Assembly (NCBI GenBank): GCA_964010765.1
Contig: CAXGMD010000035.1
Span: forward strand, 1 to 33,446
DNA length: 33,446 bases
Direction: 5' to 3'
Origin: an uncultured bacterium
Lineage (GTDB): Bacteria > SAR324 > NAC60-12
A program made the translations under genes and the position numbers. Shown piece after piece: positions 28,566 through 33,446 of this stretch. The notes beneath the pieces are model-generated. The model was not told the DNA's origin. It made no database searches and was given only the letters and a program-made list of their open reading frames with translations. Every line of letters begins with the position of its first letter. Position 1 is the stretch's first letter.

Positions 28566-28903
28566 CGAACCTTCTCTTCAGCTAGATGTTCTTCCACCCG
28601 CAGTGGCTGCATTTTGACCGCAGGACTACCCCGCCGAACCCAGAGCCGAACACGCTCAACAGTGACCCCATTCTCTCGGCTGATGCTAGCCAACTGCTCC
28701 GCGTAAAGGATGTCACCCACACGAAATTCGAACAAGGTGCTGTTGGGCTCTAACGGATTCAGAAGCAACAGCACCAGACCAGGATTGTAATGAAGCCTCA
28801 GGGAGCCTTCGAAAGCTACCGCCTCCTCCAGCAAATCAGCCGGACGCTGATCCGAAATTTGCAGTTCGTAAAAGACTCCAGCGTCCAAAAGCGGAAGATT
28901 CAT
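28562..28903 (-). CDS. Small hypothetical beta-rich protein
   Basis: 113 aa between ilvC and the EVE gene, GGAG RBS, 4-bp overlap with the EVE gene. Confidence 0.6.
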   Translation of the reverse strand: MNLPLLDAGVFYELQISDQRPADLLEEAVAFEGSLRLHYNPGLVLLLLNPLEPNSTLFEFRVGDILYAEQLASISRENGVTVERVRLWVRRGSPAVKMQPLRVEEHLAEEKVR

Positions 28904-28921
28904 TGCTCCCTGTTTACCGAT

Positions 28922-29965
28922 TTACTGATTTTCTGGGCGAAGTGGACGCAACACTTGTCCAGCTTGCCACATTTCCTGGTTGCGAACGATTTCCAGTTCC
29001 TTCTCCAACTTATCCCGATAATCCGGCTGGGAGTTGGTATCGATGGATCGCTTGGCCTCATCTCCCCGAATCACGCTCTGGTAGCATTCTTCCACAACGG
29101 GCTTGATCGCAGCATGGAACTTGGGGGCCCAATCTAGCGCACCACGTTGAGCCGTCGTGGAGCAATTCGCATACATCCAATCCATTCCCTGCTGAGAAAC
29201 CAAGGGATAGAGACTTTCTAGAGCTTCTTCAATGGTCTCGTTGTAAGCTTCTGATGGAGAATGTCCGTGCTCACGTAGCACCTCATATTGAGCTAGGAAA
29301 GCCCCTTGAAGCATTCCCATCAAGACACTGCGCTCTCCGGTCAGATCGCTGTGAACCTCTCGCTCAAATGTGGTCTCAAAAAGATGCCCGGAGCCAATCG
29401 CAAATGCGGTTGCAATACAACGATCTCTCGCCTTGCCCGTGTAATCCTGATGAATAGCGAATGAAGAGTTGATTCCACGCCCTTCGAGGAAGTGAGTACG
29501 AACGGTCAGTCCGCTACCCTTAGGAGCACAGAGAATCACATCAACACTGGCTTGTGGCACAATACTGGTGTGATCTTTAAAAACGATGCCGAAACCATGC
29601 GAGAAGTAAAGGGCATCTCCATCCTTCAGAGAATCCTTAACCATTGGCCACAGTGCGATCTGTGCAGCATCTGAAACCAGATACTGAAGAATGGTTCCTT
29701 TTTGAGCAGCTTCTTCCATCTCAAAAAGGTTTTCTCCAGCAACCCATCCGTCTGCAAGCGCTTTGTCCCAGCTACGCCCTGGACGCACACCCAAGACAAC
29801 GTTGAAGCCTTGATCTCGCATGTTCAAACCTTGCCCACGACCTTGTGGGCCATAGCCAAGAATGGCCGTTGTTTCCTGGTCGAGGATATCCTTGCAGCGC
29901 TCCGGTGGATAATCACTGCGCTCGATGATGGTTTCTCGGAAGCCGTTGATGTTGATTTCCTTCAT
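28922..29965 (-). CDS. ilvC: Ketol-acid reductoisomerase (Ilv5/Bacteroidota-like type)
   Basis: ILGYGPQG, YFSHGF, APKGSG, SDLTGER, ETIEE, CSTTAQRGALDW, C-terminal LRPENQ. Confidence 0.95.
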   Translation of the reverse strand: MKEININGFRETIIERSDYPPERCKDILDQETTAILGYGPQGRGQGLNMRDQGFNVVLGVRPGRSWDKALADGWVAGENLFEMEEAAQKGTILQYLVSDAAQIALWPMVKDSLKDGDALYFSHGFGIVFKDHTSIVPQASVDVILCAPKGSGLTVRTHFLEGRGINSSFAIHQDYTGKARDRCIATAFAIGSGHLFETTFEREVHSDLTGERSVLMGMLQGAFLAQYEVLREHGHSPSEAYNETIEEALESLYPLVSQQGMDWMYANCSTTAQRGALDWAPKFHAAIKPVVEECYQSVIRGDEAKRSIDTNSQPDYRDKLEKELEIVRNQEMWQAGQVLRPLRPENQ

Positions 29966-30015
29966 GTCCGTCGCGTCCCTGAAAAAGTTTTTGGTTGGCT
30001 ATTGGGAAACCAATT

Positions 30016-30043
30016 ACCATAGAAATCCACTTAAAAATGTCAA
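30016..30043 (-). promoter_or_regulatory. Putative sigma70 promoter of ilvC
   Basis: Perfect TTGACA (30043-30038), 16 bp spacer, TATGGT (30021-30016). Confidence 0.5.
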
Positions 30044-30085
30044 TCTTTTCGCAGGTAAAAACTGGGCTGAGGAACTAAAAACTGC

Positions 30086-30113
30086 TTGCACTTCCGAAAC
30101 AGTCAGATATATT
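30086..30113 (+). promoter_or_regulatory. Putative sigma70 promoter of tRNA-Asn
   Basis: TTGCAC, 16 bp spacer, TATATT, ending 18 bp before the tRNA. Confidence 0.45.
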
Positions 30114-30131
30114 TATAGGCTTTCGATGAGT

Positions 30132-30207
30132 TCCCCAATAGCTCAGCTGGTAGAGCAAATGACTGTTAATCATTGGGTCGCTGGTTCGAGTCCAGCTTGG
30201 GGAGCCA
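30132..30207 (+). tRNA. tRNA-Asn (GTT)
   Basis: 76 nt. Acceptor TCCCCAA/TTGGGGA + G + CCA, D arm GCTC/GAGC, anticodon arm AATGA-CTGTTAA-TCATT, T loop GGTTCGAGTCC. Confidence 0.97.
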
Positions 30208-30312
30208 GTCGAAAACCTACCTCACTCATGCCTAGTCAAAACCCCATTTTCTCGCTGACCGTTTTTATCAAATCAATGCTTTAAGTCTCAGTCTTTATTT
30301 CCCTTCTGCTTT

Positions 30313-30489
30313 CTACTGCGCTACTTCTTCGAGACTTTGAATCCACTCCCAGAGTTGAAGTCCTCCCATCTCAATGATTGCCACCAAAGCTAACACAATC
30401 CCGATCACGACCGCACTTGTGATCAAGGGTTGATGGTTTCCACCCTCATTATTTTCCTCTTCAGTCTCATCCGGTCTCTGTGGTTCCAT
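30313..30489 (-). CDS. Small single-TM hypothetical protein (about 58 aa)
   Basis: MEPQRPDETEEENNE acidic N-terminus followed by one strongly hydrophobic helix. Start uncertain; the track ORF starts at 30528. Confidence 0.5.
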   Translation of the reverse strand: MEPQRPDETEEENNEGGNHQPLITSAVVIGIVLALVAIIEMGGLQLWEWIQSLEEVAQ

Positions 30490-30779
30490 GCGTTGCCTGC
30501 GCTCTGTGGTTTGAAATCTTAGATCCAAATACGTTTTAGAATCGCTAACTATGAAGTTTTGATCAAATCATCCAGCCTTACTGAGTCCACCTGCTTTGGG
30601 TAGAAACAAGTCACGAACAAACCTCACCGATACTCAATGGCATGTAATCTAGCTTGATCGATTCGTCGCAATTTAATTTTTCGAGAAAGCTCGGTAATCA
30701 TGCCACTTGCACATCTTGGCAGTTCTCAGGAAATTTGTTAGCTTTCCGTTTTTTCCCAACCTCGCAGCAAACGTTTAGA

Positions 30780-32456
30780 ATGTCATCGCCCGAACCTGTC
30801 CGATCCACTCACTTCATCCGCAATATCATCCAGGAAGACCTCCAATCCGGCAAGCATCCAGAGATCGTCACTCGATTTCCTCCCGAACCAAATGGCTATT
30901 TACACATCGGGCACGCCAAGTCGATTTTTCTGAATTTTGGTCTGGTGCAGGAATTCCCCGGACACTGCTTCATGCGTTTTGATGACACAAACCCCATCAA
31001 TGAGGATGAGGAGTATGTGCAAGCCATCCTCGAAGACTTACGCTGGCTCGGCTTTGACTGGCAAGATCGGCTGACCCATGCCTCAGACTACTTCCAAAAA
31101 CTGTATGACTTCGCTGAAGATTTGATCCAGCAGGGTAAGGCCTATGTGGATAGCCAATCGCAGGAAATCATTCGGGAACAGCGCGGAACTCTGACTGAAC
31201 CAGGCACGGCGAGCCCCTTTCGTGAGCGCTCCATAGCAGAAAATTTAGAATTATTTCGTAGGATGAAATCAGGTGAATTCGCAGACGGTGCTCATGTTCT
31301 TCGTGCCAAGATCGATATGGCTTCCCCGAACATCAACCTGCGTGATCCAGTGATTTATCGTATCCGCAAGGTGACTCATCAGCGAACAGGAAATGAATGG
31401 TGCCTCTACCCGATGTACGATTACACACATTGCCTCTCTGATGCGCTTGAAGGCATCACCCATTCTCTCTGCACTCTGGAGTTTGAGGATCATCGGCCTC
31501 TGTATGACTGGGTGTTGGACCAACTGGATGTGCCGTGTCGCCCTCGTCAGATCGAATTCAGCCGCCTCAACTTACAATACACCGTGCTCAGCAAACGGCG
31601 CTTGATCCAGCTTGTTGAAGAAGGCCATGTCTCTGGCTGGGATGACCCACGCATGCCCACCATCTCAGGCTTGCGACGCCGGGGATACACCCCCGAAAGT
31701 CTTCAACTGTTCGCTGAACGAATCGGTATCTCCAAGGCTGAAAACAACATCTACATGAGCGTTTTGGAAGACTGTATCCGTGAAGATCTGGACTCCAAGG
31801 CCCCCAGAGCAATGGCCGTCCTGCGTCCGCTGAAAGTTGTTCTCCTTAACTGGCCAGAAGATCAGGAAGAAGAGTTGGATGCCCCAGTTCATCAGCAATT
31901 TCCGGATCGTGGGCGACGCCCTATTCCGATGAGTCGTGAAATTTTCATCGAACAGGATGATTTCGACGAGGATCCACCAGAGGGCTTCCATCGATTGATT
32001 CCAGGTGGGGAAGTTCGTCTGCGCAACGCCTACGTCATTCGCTGTGAAGAAGTCATCAAGGATGCTTCCGGGAAGGTCATCGAGCTTCGTTGCATCTACG
32101 ACCCCAATACTGCCCGAGGACGGAAACCGGAGGGCCGTAAGGTCAAGGGGATCATCCACTGGGTCTCCGCCGCCCATGCCGTCTCAGCTGAGGTACGACT
32201 TTATGATCGCCTCTTCTCTCAACCCACTCCGGGAAGTGATCATCCTGACAAGAACTTCCTGCTCGACCTCAATCCCAACTCCATGGAGATCCTCTCACAA
32301 GCTTGGCTGGAACCCAATTTGATAAACGCTGAAGTAGGAACAGCCTATCAATTCGAACGGCTTGGTTACTTCTGTCTCGATTCTCGGGACTCCAAAACAG
32401 ATTCCATGGTCTTCAATCGGATTGTCACTTTGCGTGATTCTTGGGGAGGGAAGTGA
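30780..32456 (+). CDS. glnS: Glutamine--tRNA ligase
   Basis: [53 protein letters not shown]. No YqeY domain. Start placed at ATG 30780. Confidence 0.96.
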   Translation: MSSPEPVRSTHFIRNIIQEDLQSGKHPEIVTRFPPEPNGYLHIGHAKSIFLNFGLVQEFPGHCFMRFDDTNPINEDEEYVQAILEDLRWLGFDWQDRLTHASDYFQKLYDFAEDLIQQGKAYVDSQSQEIIREQRGTLTEPGTASPFRERSIAENLELFRRMKSGEFADGAHVLRAKIDMASPNINLRDPVIYRIRKVTHQRTGNEWCLYPMYDYTHCLSDALEGITHSLCTLEFEDHRPLYDWVLDQLDVPCRPRQIEFSRLNLQYTVLSKRRLIQLVEEGHVSGWDDPRMPTISGLRRRGYTPESLQLFAERIGISKAENNIYMSVLEDCIREDLDSKAPRAMAVLRPLKVVLLNWPEDQEEELDAPVHQQFPDRGRRPIPMSREIFIEQDDFDEDPPEGFHRLIPGGEVRLRNAYVIRCEEVIKDASGKVIELRCIYDPNTARGRKPEGRKVKGIIHWVSAAHAVSAEVRLYDRLFSQPTPGSDHPDKNFLLDLNPNSMEILSQAWLEPNLINAEVGTAYQFERLGYFCLDSRDSKTDSMVFNRIVTLRDSWGGK

Positions 32457-32486
32457 GTTGAGCACTGGTTTTCTGCTGACATTTCC

Positions 32487-33020
32487 TTGAAAATCCGCCC
32501 TCTTGTTGCTGAGGATCTGCCTCAGCTTCAGCAGATTTACACCCACCATGTGTTGCATGGAACCGGATCCTGGGAATGGGAACCCCCAAGCCTTGTGGAG
32601 ATGACCGACCGGGCCCAAGCTGTTCAAGAAAAGGGTCTGCCCTACCTAGTTGCGGAAAGCACAGAACAAATTGCGGGTTATGCCTACGCAAGCCCCTATC
32701 GTCCTCGGGCAGGTTATCGCTTCACCCTGGAAGATTCGGTTTATCTCCATCCAGAATTCAGCAAGCAAGGGATTGGGCTGCTACTCTTGCAGGAGCTACT
32801 TTCACAGTGTGGCGCCTTGGGCTATCGAGAGATGATTGCCGTGATCGGGGATTCCGCCAACCACGCTTCCATTCGTTTGCATGAGCGGGCTGGCTTCGTG
32901 GAGGTGGGTGTGTTTCGGAATATCGGTTTTAAGTTTGGACGCTTCCTAGATTCCGTTTATATGCAGGCTCAACTGAATGCTCCTGAAAACCCTGCCGTGA
33001 GCCCCTACAATATTCCCTAA
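32487..33020 (+). CDS. GNAT N-acetyltransferase (Pat/MnaT-like)
   Basis: GYAYASPYRPRAGYRFTLEDSVY, KQGIG, NHASIRLHERAGF..VG..GFKFGR. Confidence 0.88.
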   Translation: MKIRPLVAEDLPQLQQIYTHHVLHGTGSWEWEPPSLVEMTDRAQAVQEKGLPYLVAESTEQIAGYAYASPYRPRAGYRFTLEDSVYLHPEFSKQGIGLLLLQELLSQCGALGYREMIAVIGDSANHASIRLHERAGFVEVGVFRNIGFKFGRFLDSVYMQAQLNAPENPAVSPYNIP

Positions 33021-33105
33021 TTTCTTTCCCCTTAAAGGATTTTCTACGTTGGTCTAAAAACCCCACTCATTTGCAGGTAGCTTTGAATTCAATGAGAACT
33101 GAAAA

Positions 33106-33244
33106 CCCTCGCCCAGTTGGCAGAGGGAGGACCACGTTAGTGGTGGGTGAAGGATTGGTTCAGATGAGAAAAAATGATTAAAATTATATATTTGTAGGAA
33201 TTCCCTCATCCGGCTTGCAGCCACCTTCTCCCTGAGGGAGAAGG
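33106..33244. repeat. Pair of REP-like palindromic units in opposite orientation (REPIN/MITE-like)
   Basis: Right unit 33203-33244: CCCTCATCC-GGCTtgcAGCC-a-CCTTCTCCCtgaGGGAGAAGG, with a perfect 9-bp stem. Degenerate mirrored left unit 33106-33153: CCCTCgcccagttggcaGAGGG-agg-ACCACgttaGTGGT-GGGTGAAGG. Confidence 0.65.
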
Positions 33245-33277
33245 ACAAATGCGGTGGGTGATTGATTAGCAAACGGT

Positions 33278-33446
33278 TTAAGCCATGGTCAGCGTCTGCA
33301 ATTCTTCAGCAGAGAGTTCCACCACTGGTAAAATTTCCTTGAGTTGCTCAAGGTTACGAGCCGAGGCTATCGGAGCGGCGACTGTCGGCTGATCACGCAA
33401 CCAGGCCAAGGCAACAGCTGACACTGTTGTTTGTTGTTGTTGGGCT
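33278..33446 (-). CDS. Aldo/keto reductase, C-terminal part only (5' end outside the window)
   Basis: Translated by hand: ...AQQQQTTVSAVALAWLRDQPTVAAPIASARNLEQLKEILPVVELSAEELQTLTMA*, a typical AKR C-terminus. Confidence 0.8.
   Translation of the reverse strand, partial: AQQQQTTVSAVALAWLRDQPTVAAPIASARNLEQLKEILPVVELSAEELQTLTMA

Noticed and set aside
29925..30284. 119 aa ORF
   Set aside because: Runs through two predicted promoters and the tRNA-Asn gene; spurious.
30654..30779. 42 aa N-terminal extension of GlnRS
   Set aside because: GlnRS similarity starts near HFIRNII just after ATG 30780; the extension is an artefact of choosing the longest ORF.
33054..33272. 72 aa minus-strand ORF
   Set aside because: Translation of the palindromic repeat (LSFSLREKVAASRMRE), a typical repeat-derived false ORF.
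30132..33446. Genomic island integrated at tRNA-Asn (this side looks somewhat more GC-rich by eye)
   Set aside because: No integrase and no repeat of the tRNA 3' end seen. The downstream gene is core glnS, and the apparent GC rise begins before the tRNA.
1..33446. CRISPR array, prophage, transposase or known defence operon
   Set aside because: No regularly spaced repeats and no ORF with integrase, transposase, phage or restriction motifs were seen.

Overview
A gene-dense bacterial chromosome segment, mostly housekeeping genes. Gene content (cdaA-cdaR after ftsH, pdxJ, tol genes, CIRCE, glnS) suggests a Gram-negative delta-proteobacterial-type lineage such as marine SAR324; this is inference only. 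From left to right: a minus-strand run ftsH-cdaA-cdaR-pdxJ-rng-purO-like-PilZ protein; a plus-strand block nadK-tolA-tolB-cpoB-tilS; clpB with a perfect CIRCE operator; an AttH/CrtC-like protein, M18 aminopeptidase, Na/Ca exchanger and plsY; an R3H protein-Mini-RNase III-membrane protein-ftsB operon; rsmI and thiN; a Wzz-like gene, tyrS, a 12-Cys secreted protein, recR, a Zn-motif protein, an atypical CheY, an EVE protein and ilvC; tRNA-Asn(GTT); glnS, a GNAT acetyltransferase, a REP/MITE-like palindrome pair and the 3' end of an aldo-keto reductase. I saw no prophage, transposase, CRISPR array or recognised defence system. The best leads are the R3H + Mini-III pairing, a c-di-AMP module co-oriented with a PilZ protein and an archaeal-type IMP cyclohydrolase, an exchanger with NCKX-like motifs, a probable inversion of nadK-tilS, and the uncharacterised genes flanking recR. 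All calls come from reading motifs by eye; no database searches were run.
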